Below are positions 1 through 12,083 of a stretch of 64,000 nucleotides of DNA, in pieces. Numbering within the stretch: position 1 is the first letter of the stretch; each line of letters opens with the position of its first letter. The notes below the pieces were generated by a model. The model searched no databases. It saw only the letters and a list, made by a program, of their open reading frames with translations, and was not told where the DNA came from. The position numbers and the translations under genes are program-made. Source of the DNA: Ptychomitrium polyphyllum (Eukaryota); the NCBI GenBank assembly GCA_973851085.1, contig OZ316775.1, positions 22,320,001 to 22,384,000 on the forward strand, given 5' to 3'.

Positions 1-630
1 GTCTCCATAGTCTTTTCATGTTCTTAGGAAGCTTCCTAGGAAAGTTCCTCTATCTTAGGAAACTTCCTAGGAAGGTTCTATCATCTTAGGTAACTTCCTA
101 AAAAACTTCCTACGAAGGTTCCATCATGTTTGGAAATTTCTTAGGAAACTTCCTAAGAAGGTTTCATCACCTTATTAATCTTCTTAGGAAGGTTTCGTCA
201 ATTTAGGAAACTTCCTAGGAAGGTTTTGTCACCTTAGGAAACTTCCTAGGAAGATTTCATCATCTTAGAAAACTTCCTACAAAGGTTCTTCTACCTTAGG
301 TAACTTCCAAGGAAGGTTCCAATTCCTTGGAAGGCTCTTAGGAAGGTTTTGACATCTTAGGAAACTTCTTGGGAATGTTCCCTAGACTTCCAGAACATTC
401 TTAAGCCTTATAGGAAGCTTCTTTAGAAGAATCCTAGGAGATACAAATGCCATAGTATAAATAGGAGGCAAGACAAGGTATTCCTTAGTCTTGGCAATAT
501 AAGTTGTGGATCATCTTGAATCCTGCCTTGGTCTAGTCTTTGTATCAACCTTTTGTTAATCATTAGCTCTTTGGAAGCTAATTCTTGGGAAACACTTCGT
601 TTCCACTTCGTGTTTCTTGTGTTCCTAACA
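1..630 (+). mobile_element. LTR (truncated by window start) of the same chromovirus family as 4821-12673, opposite orientation
   Basis: 1-600 is the exact reverse complement of 4851-5450; ends ...CCTAACA at 630; TATAAATA at 456-463; CTTCCTAGGAAG-core repeats. Confidence 0.95.
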
Positions 631-2280
631 GTGTAAGCATTATAGAGGCTCTAGCAATTTTGCATTAGTTGTTCGCGTGCCTACTGGTATTGGTTTTCAG
701 TATGGTAATGGAGGACCTTGTTCGTCTTCACTTGATGTTGGTATTGTGCGCACTCAGATTTGAGTTACTTAACGTGCTATTGAAGTCCAATATCGGGATA
801 GGGCTACTGATGAAGATCGGTTAAATCCTTCCGTGCGTTAAGGACTAGACTTAGGTTTTTTAATAGTGCATTATTTGTTTGGAGGTCCCATAATTCCGTA
901 ACCATAACTGGAGCTACTTGATTAGCCAATCACATTCATCAATGACAAGTTTTGTTGGAAAGGCTAATTGCTCAAAATTGACGTGATCTTCTATCTATAG
1001 CAGTATGGTTTCTAATTGATATTGTATAGCTTTCTAAAGGTTCTGTAAGTTATAGTCTATGTAGGAGATATAGTGGATATAGTTGATAGATTAGAGTGTA
1101 GTAATGGGAAGGGAATTGGAGGTTGAATCAATGATAGTAGGTTTGGAAAAAAAAGGAGGATTAGCGGAGGTACAAGATGGAATAGGTATAGGAAGAATGG
1201 TAGAAGCAGGGGGCGTGGGATACTTGGGTACTCGAGAAATGATGTGTGGAGAAGGAAGTTCGATAATTAGGTCCGATACCTTAGTAGGAGGAAAAGGAGG
1301 TTTAGAAGTATGCGGAACAAGAGGAATTGTGTAGATTAATGGTATTGGAGTGGACGCGGAGGATATTCGATGGATTTGGCGCTTGCAAGATTTATGTACT
1401 AGGTTTTTAAGAGACTCCCGGGCTCATTTGGCACCACGTGCAAATGTGGTTTGGAACCGGAATTGCATTCTAGAAGGTCCTGCATCAATAAGATTGGTAG
1501 TTTGTGTTTTTAGTGATTGAGAGCACGGCTCTGTAGAAGCAATATCCGCCAAAGAGTCAAACTGAGAAGCCGTATCTATTAACAAAAAGAGGAGTTTGTG
1601 CCAAATCTCAAAGGCAGTATTAAATAAGACTCTGCCATTCTAAATTTTTTAGAAATTCAATGACTAGGTTATTGTATATGGTAGTGAGCCATGCCCATTG
1701 GCCAAGGCCGGTAGCTAGATCAGTCAGTAGTGATAGAAAATTAACATTTCTATTCGACATATAAGTGACATTTTTCTAAAAAATATGCTTTGAAGAATAT
1801 TGCGCTTTTTGGAAACTAAATGCTTGGATCCTTGTTGAATCCTCCAACTCTTTTTTTTTCTTGGTGCAAGGTCAGTAACTTCTAAGAATCAGCCGAATGT
1901 TACTAATGAACAAACGGTATTTATCGGTCCGTCTTTGAGATGAAGAACATTGCAAATCATGCCGATTGTGATAAGACTTTGTTTGTTGGAAATGGTTCCG
2001 AGGTAACCATTGCCATCTTTTTCAACTGTGGTATTTAAGAACTTTAAAACAAAGTTAGTATAATTCAAGGCCTGATTCTTGGAGAGTTGGACATAATCTA
2101 AGAGTCCTATATCGTGAAGGAACTGGAATTCGGTAACAGTATTGGTAGCGTAAACTACCCATGACTGTAAGTGGTTCATGTGTATTAAGGTCACTTTTTT
2201 CCAACCCCATCTAGCGGACAATCTTGAACGCAACCATAAACTGATGTAGACTTTTGCTTGGCGGCTTCCATAACTAAAGG
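631..2280 (-). mobile_element. Decayed internal (post-integrase) region of an older Gypsy element, with broken ORF fragments
   Basis: Minus-strand ORF remnant 1889-2233; joins 12674 onward through the TSD GTGTA/TACAC if 631-4820 is flipped; no recognisable domain. Confidence 0.45.
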
Positions 2281-2959
2281 CAAAAGAGAGAAAGAACTAT
2301 ATATTCTCAAAATAAGCAAGAAGAGAAGGTAAACTTTAAAAAAAAAAGTGAGAAAGATTATGAAATGGACGAGAAAAAAAAGGAAAACTGGGCAAGACTG
2401 TTAGAATTGAGGTGGCAGCAAGAAGAATGATGAATTGGTTTAGGTAAGTAGCCGTTGTAATGGCCAATTCAAACCATCATAATTGATACCAGGTCTTAGC
2501 ATAAATTGTCATCATTAGGATTTGTGGCTTGAATGACGGATTTAGATGGGTTGGAAGCTATGGTGACATAGAAAAAGAGCCTTGCTTTAAGAAAGCACTA
2601 AGCCTCTGGCTGCTATTAATTACTCAACAAGTTAACAAGATAGTCGTTTAAGTGAAAGAATTCATTAATGATGCTTTTTAAGCTTTATAAAGATCACAAT
2701 CCAATCCAAACCATAACTACATACTACCATCATAAACCTGCTTATAATTTTGCTCATATTTCTTATTATAAGAGTTTAATGAACCTAATATTTTGACACT
2801 ATATTTTTAAGGCATCCATAAAACTATAATAAAATTTTCATAACCATGGCTACTATAAACATTGAGAACCATGCTTTTAAAGTTCTCACGTCCCACGGCC
2901 ACAGCTTGTGGATCCCTCTACTTTACCACTTCATAACTTTTTTTATATTATAAGTCTAA

Positions 2960-4116
2960 ATTTGAAAATCTACACACATTATGCATCTTATAATATACTC
3001 TTCACTAAATTATCAACCTTAGAAATTCCTTTAATCATCTCTTATGGCCCAAAATGTACAACTTCAACTCTATTGTATACAACTTTTAAAGTCCTGACTA
3101 CAATTTTTCTTATATCTTCCACTATACAAGCTTTTTTCTTTCAAACTTTTCCAATATTATCTTCAAATAACCAAAATACTACCTTCTAAATTTCATTACC
3201 AAATTCTAAATACACAAAAAGTTATAAGCATCCAAAGCAACTACTTCCTGAAATTCAAGGCAGCTGACTTAACTTCACTCAAACTATAGCTATGGTCACA
3301 TACTATCTTCAAATAAAGTCCGTAATAATATTTTGGAGAGTTAAAAAAGAAAAAAAATAATCCAACAAAAACCAACTCAAATTAAGAAGTATGCTATGAT
3401 ATATGGTTGAAGGAAGGGCTGCCTTAAGTAACAAGTAGAAGAGGACAAGAGAAAAGAAGAGGATGCTGGTCAAACTGCCACATCCGCTTCTTATTACTTG
3501 ACATCAGCCTTATCTCTTCACATCAGCCCCTAATCTTTTTAATCAAGCCTTTATCTAACCATATCTTCAAATAAAAAACAACCTAAATATTTTTCTTTTG
3601 CTCTTCTTTCTTTTATTTCCTTTGGTTGAAACTTCTAGGTTTCAAACTACAAAGAAAGACAAAACCAATCCTTACAAATCTAAAATAAGAAATTAAAACT
3701 AAAAATAGGAAAAATAGGAAAAAATAGGAAAAAGATTGAAGTTCAATGAATATAAAGTCACTGTTGAAGCATAATCAAACACCAAACCATGAATTTGGTT
3801 GACTAGATAAAGTTCAGGTGTAGAACTAGTCCGAGTTTGATTCTTGTTTGATTCATTGTCTAGGATGGTGGCACTTGGCTTTATACTGCTAATAAAAATG
3901 GCAAGTAGGAAAATAATACAATCCACCAGTGCCTTCACCCTGAGCTAAGACTAAATGCAATTCTATGTCCAAAACATTTAAAACCGTGGTTTCACCACAA
4001 TTTTTTTTATCTAACTTTTCTTTTCATCCTAGTGCTCATTTCCAAAATATAATAAATCAAAATCCACAAAATAATACATATTAACTAAGTTTTAAGCCGT
4101 ATAACTATTTACAGCA
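2960..4116 (-). repeat. Dispersed repeat (internal 3' region of older Gypsy element), homologous to 54706-55870 in opposite orientation
   Basis: Shared blocks, e.g. TTATCTAACCATATCTTCAAATAAAAAACAAC (~3551-3582) is the reverse complement of ~55233-55264; TTGGTTGAAACTTCTAGGTT (~3622) pairs with ~55174-55193. Confidence 0.8.
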
Positions 4117-4139
4117 CGCCAACGGATAAGCGGATTTGA

Positions 4140-4820
4140 GTATCTTTGATATATCTATATGGTTTGATTTTATTCACATACATAATAACAAGAGCAGGAT
4201 CAAAGTGGTCCAGAGCTATGAATAGGACAATATTATTCAGTAAAGGGTACTAAACATGGTAAGGACCGTACCACTTTTTTTTTAATTTATTAGTATTGAA
4301 ATTGGCTTCTTTTAGATATCAAAGAATATAATCACCAAGCTGAAAGGTAATATTCTTATATCAATCTATAGTAAGTTGAACACAGGTCCATTGTGATGTG
4401 CCTTGATGGTCTTGGGCATGTAGGCATATTTTGTATAATTATTCCATGTCAGTAATGTGGGCAGCGTGAACACATTGACAGTTTAAAGTGCGGTCATCCA
4501 AGAAACAAGAGGTAGATAAGAGGTGTTTGATAGGCATGAGGAGAAGTAGGGCATATGGAAGTTGGAATGGGAAATGACCGGTAGCTATTTTATATGCAGT
4601 CTATGAGGCAAACATGGCTATAAAAAGGTGAATGTTCCAATCTGTTTGGTGCTCATCGACAAGTTTTTGAAGCATGCTAAGAATAAACTTATTGGTAGCT
4701 TCAACGTGTCTGTTTCCTTGGAGATAGTATGTTGATGCTGTGTGTTTATTAAGGGGATGTTCCATTAAAGTTTGAATTACTGTGTTATAAAAATGGACAA
4801 CTTGGTCGCTAACAATATGG
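4140..4820 (-). mobile_element. Non-chromovirus Ty3/Gypsy integrase fragment (DDE core C-terminal part plus GPY/F), degenerate
   Basis: Manual translation from 4819: HIVSDQVVHF...STYYLQGNRHVEATNKFILSMLQKLVDEHQTDW...TAYKIATGHFPFQL; KKWYGPYHV near 4255-4281; in-frame stops; cut by the LTR at 4821. Confidence 0.85.
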
Positions 4821-5539
4821 TGTTAGGCACACAAGAAACAAGAAGCAGAAACGAAGTGTTTCCCAAGAATTAGCTTCCAAAGAGCTAATGATTAACAAAA
4901 GGTTGATACAAAGACTAGACCAAGGCAGGATTCAAGATGATCCACAACTTATATTGCCAAGACTAAGGAATACCTTGTCTTGCCTCCTATTTATACTATG
5001 GCATTTGTATCTCCTAGGATTCTTCTAAAGAAGCTTCCTATAAGGCTTAAGAATGTTCTGGAAGTCTAGGGAACATTCCCAAGAAGTTTCCTAAGATGTC
5101 AAAACCTTCCTAAGAGCCTTCCAAGGAATTGGAACCTTCCTTGGAAGTTACCTAAGGTAGAAGAACCTTTGTAGGAAGTTTTCTAAGATGATGAAATCTT
5201 CCTAGGAAGTTTCCTAAGGTGACAAAACCTTCCTAGGAAGTTTCCTAAATTGACGAAACCTTCCTAAGAAGATTAATAAGGTGATGAAACCTTCTTAGGA
5301 AGTTTCCTAAGAAATTTCCAAACATGATGGAACCTTCGTAGGAAGTTTTTTAGGAAGTTACCTAAGATGATAGAACCTTCCTAGGAAGTTTCCTAAGATA
5401 GAGGAACTTTCCTAGGAAGCTTCCTAAGAACATGAAAAGACTATGGAGACATCTAAAAGTATTCTATGAAATTATTATAATATACTAGAAGGTTTTAAAA
5501 TAATCTAAGGACTATGTTGCATGATCTATGTCCGTGACA
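4821..5539 (-). repeat. 3' LTR (719 bp)
   Basis: TGTTAGG...CCGTGACA termini on plus strand; direct repeat of 12084-12673; minus-strand TATAAATA at 4988-4995. Confidence 0.95.
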
Positions 5540-5550
5540 TCACCTCCCCA
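5540..5550 (-). promoter_or_regulatory. Polypurine tract
   Basis: Minus strand GGGGAGGTGA directly precedes the TGTCAC start of the 3' LTR. Confidence 0.85.
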
Positions 5551-6208
5551 TTGAGCGATGAGTTCCATGAGGAGCCCTTTTCTTGGCTTGCTTATCACAA
5601 TTCTACAAATTCCAAAATTTGTCGAAGGAATGAAGCAACATACTCTACTTGTTGTTCTTTGTTCACTGGTTCAATTGGTCCTTGCAAGAAGCGCCGATGG
5701 CCACCAGCCAAGACTTTTGTTGTTGAAATGTCTCATCCCAAGATCTGATCTTGATTCAATCCTTCAAAACATCCTCCAAACAAGATTTCGGATCCTCCAG
5801 GAGTGACTCTTCCAATTTCTAACAAGATGACTAGAGCGCGAGCATCTAAATCAAGACTAGAATGTGAAGGGCGACTAGTCAATACTTCTGCACGAGGTCG
5901 TACTTGACGTTGGGATGTCCCTCTCATATCTTGACTTAGATCCTCCGTTACCGAGGGCTGAGAAAGTTGAGTTGGCTCAACAGATGTTGTTGTTGATGAA
6001 GGCATGGCTGACTGCTCTTCACGCATATCCATGATAACACGAAGATTTGACATACTGGCTAGGATCTGGAAATGATCTATCTTAGAAATAATGCTACATA
6101 CAATTGGAGGTTTGGATATCTCTCCTTCCTTCTTATACTTGTCTATGAAGGAAAAACTTCTCTGTGAAGCTAACAGCTGCTGATGACACATCGTCACTGA
6201 CCTGGTTT

Positions 6209-9200
6209 CTAAGGATATCTTTGATGAAATTTGCGTACCTTCTCAGATGCATTTGTTACATTTGTTGAAGGTTCCCATGTTCGGTCATTGATGCCATATT
6301 TTTGCCAATGTATAAGGTACTCCACACATCCATTCTTGATGTATGAATCTAAGATCTCTTCCACTTCATATTCAATTTCATTATTGATTTCCAGCGGAGG
6401 AGGCGGAGGGACAATTCTCTCTGGTATACATGATTTGTTATAGGTTTCCAACAACGATACGTGGAATACTGGATGAATTTGCATGCTTGGTGGTAGCTTT
6501 AGGCAATAACTAACCGGATTTATCTGTTTGCTGATTTCAAACGGTCCCAGCCTTTGATAGTCCAACTTCTTTGATTGTCTTTTTGTCTGTATATTTCGTC
6601 GTAAGAGCCATACGTTATCTCCAACCTTGAACTTTTGATGGTCCTTTCGATGGCGATTTGCATAAGTTTTGTAACGATCTTGAGCTTGTTGTAACTGGAA
6701 AGTAATTTCTTGATGGATTTTAGCAAGTTGCATTGCAAAATCCTCTCCTGCAGTACTTCCAACATGCTTCACTTGAAATGGATCTGTTCGAGGATGATGC
6801 CCATAATTTGCAAAGAATGGACTTTAATTTGTTGAAGAATGCACCGTATTGTTGTAAGCAAATTCTGCCAAAGACAAGAGGTCTGTTGCAACCCTTGTGA
6901 TGCACCTTAGCAAGCGTCACACGCGTCAACCCTGTACACTTCCACATGCACATGATTAACCCCCATTCTCACTTTCCAAGTCTTTCTACCATTTCTCTTA
7001 GGACCCTCAAATTGATTGGTAGCCAATGGTTAGGTGTAGACATCCATTCATGTCCAAGGCCTCACTTGGTGTTACTCCCATTCCACACGGCCTAACCGTA
7101 CTTAGTGGTGTCTCCTCACCACATCCATGATCCCCATGCGATCCTAAGATCACCCCGGGCCATCATGGTGCCCGCGTGAAGACACCACCCCAACTTAATG
7201 GTAACAAGCGTACCCTTTTAAACGTGCTAGTTCCCTTCGTGAAACCAGCCGTCCACCGGCTCACAATGGTGTGGGAGTGCCCGTGGTGAAGCCCCAACAC
7301 TAGCTCCACCCACCGGGACTCACCTTTGGTCTCTACCGGGACACTAGGGGAGTGGGGAGGGGGACCAGCCCTCCTTTATAGTACTCTCTGTGGGATTCGG
7401 CAGGCTCCTTAGCCCTCTGTAGCTCGCTGAACCCCAACACACCTAAAGTTTTGGAAGACCACCCGATCTCCCTTGGAACTTAGCCGCTGGAATCCTCCAA
7501 AACTCCTAGCGGATCTTTAGGGAGCCATATCTTCCTCATCCGGAGCCCGTATGTATCAAGCAACCACTTTATCGTCATTTAGTCTTTGCGTAGATGCCAA
7601 TAGACTCCTCAAACGTCCGATTTGAGTTAGTATTGTGGGAGATACGCCTCTCCCAAGGTTCGGGACTCCCTGGGAATCCCTCCCTAGACTGTCCCACTCC
7701 AGTACAGTCACTGTGTAGGGCTGCCACAGTCCACAACAGCCCCTTGGCAACCCCAACTTTGGGATGCCATAACTTTTAGCTCCCTTGTCCGATTTGAGCA
7801 ATCTTTAGCATACTAGAATCAGCTCTTCGTGATTCCTCCAATGCCCACAATTTATTCCTCGTGGCCCTCGATTTACATGGGCAAGGATGTTTCTCCAACT
7901 AGGGGTTCTTGCCACGTTAGGCTTACTTGGTTCCTCTCATTATTAGTGCCACAAGTCTCGGATGTCACTCCGGGGTCCCCTTTGTGTTTTTAATGTTGCG
8001 GGCACTCCTCAAAGAGAGGTGCCCGACAAGGTCCATCCAATTATCTTGCTGGTAGTTTATGCTACAACGAAGGTACTGCTCTAAAATTTGATTTAGATGT
8101 TCGGTTTGGCCATCAATTTGTGGATGGTGTGCTGAAGAAAGATTGATCTTTCAATGCAACAGCTGGAATAGAGCCTTCCAAAAGTTGGAAATGAACTGCG
8201 GCCCTCGATCGGATACAATATCATCTGGTAGTCCATGTATACGATAGACGTGATTTATGAACAACTTGGCAGTTTCTTCTCTCGTTACCGTCTGTTGCAT
8301 GGAATGAAATGTGCCATTTTGGTAAATCAATCCACCACTACCAAAATAAAATCCTTAGATTTGGAATTTGAAAGGTCCGTGATAAAATCCATTGATAAAG
8401 ACAACCATGGGCCCTTTGGCACTGGAAGCGGATGGAGGAGACCATGAAGTTGGTGTCTTGGTACCTTGGTTCTTGCACAAGTGTCGCATGATTGAACAAA
8501 GTCCTTTACGTACTTCCACATTTGTGGCCACCAATAGTCTCTAGCAATCAACTCCATTGTTTTATTGAATCCAAAATGTCCTACTGCTGGAAAATCATGA
8601 CGTGCTTGAAGGATCTTCAACCGCAAAGGGCCTGGAGGTAGGTACAAAAGTCCTTTATAATAAAGTAGGCCCTCTTGGAATTCAAAATCCTCATCGCTAT
8701 TTGAAGGATTTCCATTGTCTTTGAGGCGCTTCTTTATATTTGAAACAAAGACGTCATTCTTTAAAGCCTTCCAAATTTTGTCAAAATGGGATGTTGTCGT
8801 AATAATGGCTGCTTTCAATTGAAGATTCTTAGGCTTCAATAAAATAGTCCTTTGTTAATTCAAAACATCATTTCCAGGTTGAGGAGCTAAATAAGATCTT
8901 TGGAATAAGACATTTGGTTTACCTTGCAAGCGACCAGATTGATAGGTAATGACAAAGTCAAATCTGGAAAGCGACATACTTTACCTTGCTTGACAACGAT
9001 TCAAAACGCGCGCACTCATGAAATACTCCAAGTTCTTGTGGTCTGTGTATATCGTGATGGTATGTTGAGCTCCTTCCAATAAGTGTCGCCATTCTTCAAA
9101 CGCATCCACAATTGCAAGTAGTTCTTTATCATGTATATCATAGTTGATCTCTGCCGCTGAGAACTTCCTTGAACGAAAGGCAAGAGGGTGAAGTCTCCCG

Positions 9201-11847
9201 TCTTCATCATATTGTGAGAGTACTGAGCCAAGCACAAAATCTGAGGCATCCGCTTCCAAATAAAAAGGCTTTGATGGATTTGGATGAATAAGAATTAGAG
9301 CCGATGTGAATGACTTCTTAAGACTTTGAAATGCTTTTTCCACCTCTTCATCCCAAATGAATTTTTGCTTCCCCGTAAGACGTGTTAATGGTGCCGCAAT
9401 CTTGGAATAATTCTTGATGAATATTCTGTAGAAGTTTGCAAATTCCAAAAAACATTGAACATCTCAAATTGAGCTTGGCGTATTCCACTTTATGACAGTG
9501 CTTATTTTTTGCTTATCCATATGGATTCCTCCTTTCAAAATGATGTAGCCTAAAAATTCAACCAAGGATTCATGGAAAAGGCACTTCTCCAATTTGGCAT
9601 ATAATCCTCGCTGGCGTAGTTTTTCTAAGACCAATTGCACATAACATTCGTGGTCTTGTTCATCCTTTGAATATATAAAAATAGCATCTAAGTAGATGAC
9701 TATAAAATCATCCGGATGTTCATGGAAGATATCATTCATCATATGTTGAAAGACTGCGGGAGCATTAGTAAGGCCAAAAGGCATGACATTGTATTCAAAA
9801 TGACCATACCTAGATTGAAAAGTTGTCTTCCATTCGTCTCCTTCTTTGATGCGTACAAGATTGTAGGCTCTTCTAAGATCAATTTTGGTGAATATCTTTG
9901 CTTAGCCAAGTTGTTGTAGGAGTCCTGAGATTAATGGTAATGGATAGCAATTCTTTTTTGTTACTTTATTGAGGCCTTGATAGTCCACGCACATACATAA
10001 TGGTCCATCTTTCTTCTTTACAAATAGGATGGATGTTCCAGCAAGTAATTTAGAGTATTAAATGAAGCCTTTCCCGAGGTTTTCATCAATATATTCTCTC
10101 AAGGCAGCCAACTCAGTTTGTGATAAGTTATAAATAGGTCCAAAAGGTGGTTGGGCTCCTTCTTGCAACTCAATGGTACAATTGTAAGGCTGGTGCTTTG
10201 GTAACATGTCCGCATTCTTCTTCTCAAAAACATCTTTATAATCTTGATATTGACGAGGTATGTTTTGATTATTCTCTATTGTAGAGCTAGACATTTGCGT
10301 GACATAAATGGCATAGATTGGTTCATCCTTTGCCGCTCTCATAAATGCCTTAGCTCCAATAAATGATGGTCCAAGATTTCTCGTACCTTGGCGTCTTTAT
10401 CTTGAGACCACACTCCGTGAGCGCCAGTCAATATCTAGATTATGTAATTCCAACCAAGGAAGGCCCAAAACAATAGGATTTGTTCGGCATTGAATGATGT
10501 TGAAGACAATCTTAGATGCCTGGTCTCCTAAAACAACCTCCAAGGGTTGAGTTTCTTCAATAACGTTGCCAGACGCAAGAGATTGTCTATTAATAACTTC
10601 AATAGATGCAGGATATTTTTTCTTCACAAGCACCATGTGATGTTTGGTTGCAAAGTCCTTGTCCATAAAACATGCCGTTGCACCAGTGTCTAAGAGAGCC
10701 TCACTAATTATTTCATCATCTAACAACTTAATTTTGATAGGAAATGTAAAACAAGAGGTAGGGTTTGAAGGTAGTAAGAGACCTTGATTTGATGGTGGTT
10801 TCCTTGTGGTATCCAGTCGCATGGTCCCTATTGTGACTGGACAGCCTCGTTTTCCAACTCCACCATTGTGCTTTGAGCCTTAAAGGCAGATCCTTTGATT
10901 TAGCAATCGTGCACTTTATGTCCAGACTTACCACAATACAAGCATAGGTTTTCTCTTCGACGCCTTTTTTTTTCTTCTGGAGTCAAACGTCTGAACTGGG
11001 CAGCATTAATTTGCATAGGTTCTGGTCTTTGTGGTTGATTATCCAATATTCTTGAAGAAGTGGTAGCCATGCTTTGATGTACTGGCCGCCATCCCAAGCG
11101 TTGTTCTTAGCGCCTCTCAAATAGTCTGTTGTCACATGCTATTGCTTGAATGATGAATTCGTCCAATGTTTCAACTCTTGGCATTGTGAGTAGCAAGTCC
11201 TTTACATTCTTTCTTAAGCCCCATCAAAATTGTGTGACCAAGGCTTTATCATTCCAATCAAGGTCGCAAGCTAATTATTGAATCTTTGCAGCATATGTAG
11301 CAGCTGAGCGTTGTCCTTGTTGGAGGCTCTGGATCCTTGTTTTAGCCACCCTCTCTTGGTTGGTGTCTCCAAAAGTAGATGTCAATGCTTCTATAAAAGC
11401 ATCTAAGTTGTTCAATAATGGTGACTGCTTCTCCATTAGGGGTGCAAACCACAATAATGCATTGTTTGATAAAAGAGTGGCCACAAATTCCACTTGAGTT
11501 GTGCCATTAGGATAGCAAGATTGATGCAAACTAAGGAAGAGTCTTACTTGTTAAACAAAGCCTCTCAATTTTGATCTTGATCCATCAAACTTGTATGGCA
11601 TGCTAATCTTTGGCTCTGCATGGGTTCAACGTAAGCCTTTCCTTCCAATATTGGCGTCTCGCAATCGAACAATCTCTTGATATGGGCTTTGAATATCACC
11701 ATTGGATTCTTCAACTTGCCGAGTATGTTGCTCCAAATTGTTGGTGGTATTAAAATGGACAAGTTCCGTTCGAACTGTGTTTAATAACTCTTGAAGGTCT
11801 GCAATAGTTGCAAATCTATTCTCTGATGTTTTAGGCACGTTATCCAT
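6209..11847 (-). pseudogene. gag-pol polyprotein pseudogene
   Basis: Gag (MDNVPK... at 11847; LLSNNALLWF), [14 protein letters not shown] zinc knuckle, ALLDTGA protease, [38 protein letters not shown] RNase H, HD..GHFG...CDTC integrase, RLGPF, chromodomain YEVEEILD...YLIHWQKYGINDRTWEP. Confidence 0.95.
6884..8028. mobile_element. Solo LTR (1145 bp) of a different family nested in the chromovirus integrase
   Basis: TGTTGC...CCGACA termini; perfect 5-bp TSD AGGTC at 6879-6883 and 8029-8033; removal restores WMDLLSLAEFAYNN; minus-strand TATATAAA near 7374-7381. Confidence 0.92.
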
Positions 11848-12069
11848 TTATTAAAACTCTCAGAGACAGAAAGACTATGAGTACCTTCAAAGGAAGAAAA
11901 TCCACGTTCTTTGAAAGAAGTAATACTTAGTTCTAAAAGGAGAAACCAACTCTATGGTGCCAGCTTAGAGGAGGATAATCCGCAACCTCTAAGACGCTAT
12001 GGAATCCTAAAGAAGATGGATAATCCACAACCTTCTTCAAAGAACCTTAACTCTGATAGAGATGAAGAA

Positions 12070-12081
12070 TAGTCTTGCCAA
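12070..12081 (-). promoter_or_regulatory. Primer binding site, self-priming (Tf1-like) type
   Basis: Minus strand TTGGCAAGACTA, 2 nt after the 5' LTR, is complementary to TAGTCTTGCCAA (12228-12217) in the same LTR. Confidence 0.75.
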
Positions 12082-12083
12082 AC

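Noticed and set aside
1..430. CRISPR-like array of palindromic repeats
   Set aside because: Degenerate units without unique spacers, inside an LTR U3; eukaryotic context with no cas genes
2960..4116. LTR of another family
   Set aside because: Directly follows the integrase, with no PPT, PBS or clear paired termini; better explained as internal 3' region
1..5450. Large TIR/foldback DNA transposon bounded by 600-bp inverted repeats
   Set aside because: The repeats are retrotransposon LTRs (TG...CA, PPT, direct-repeat partner at 12084-12673)
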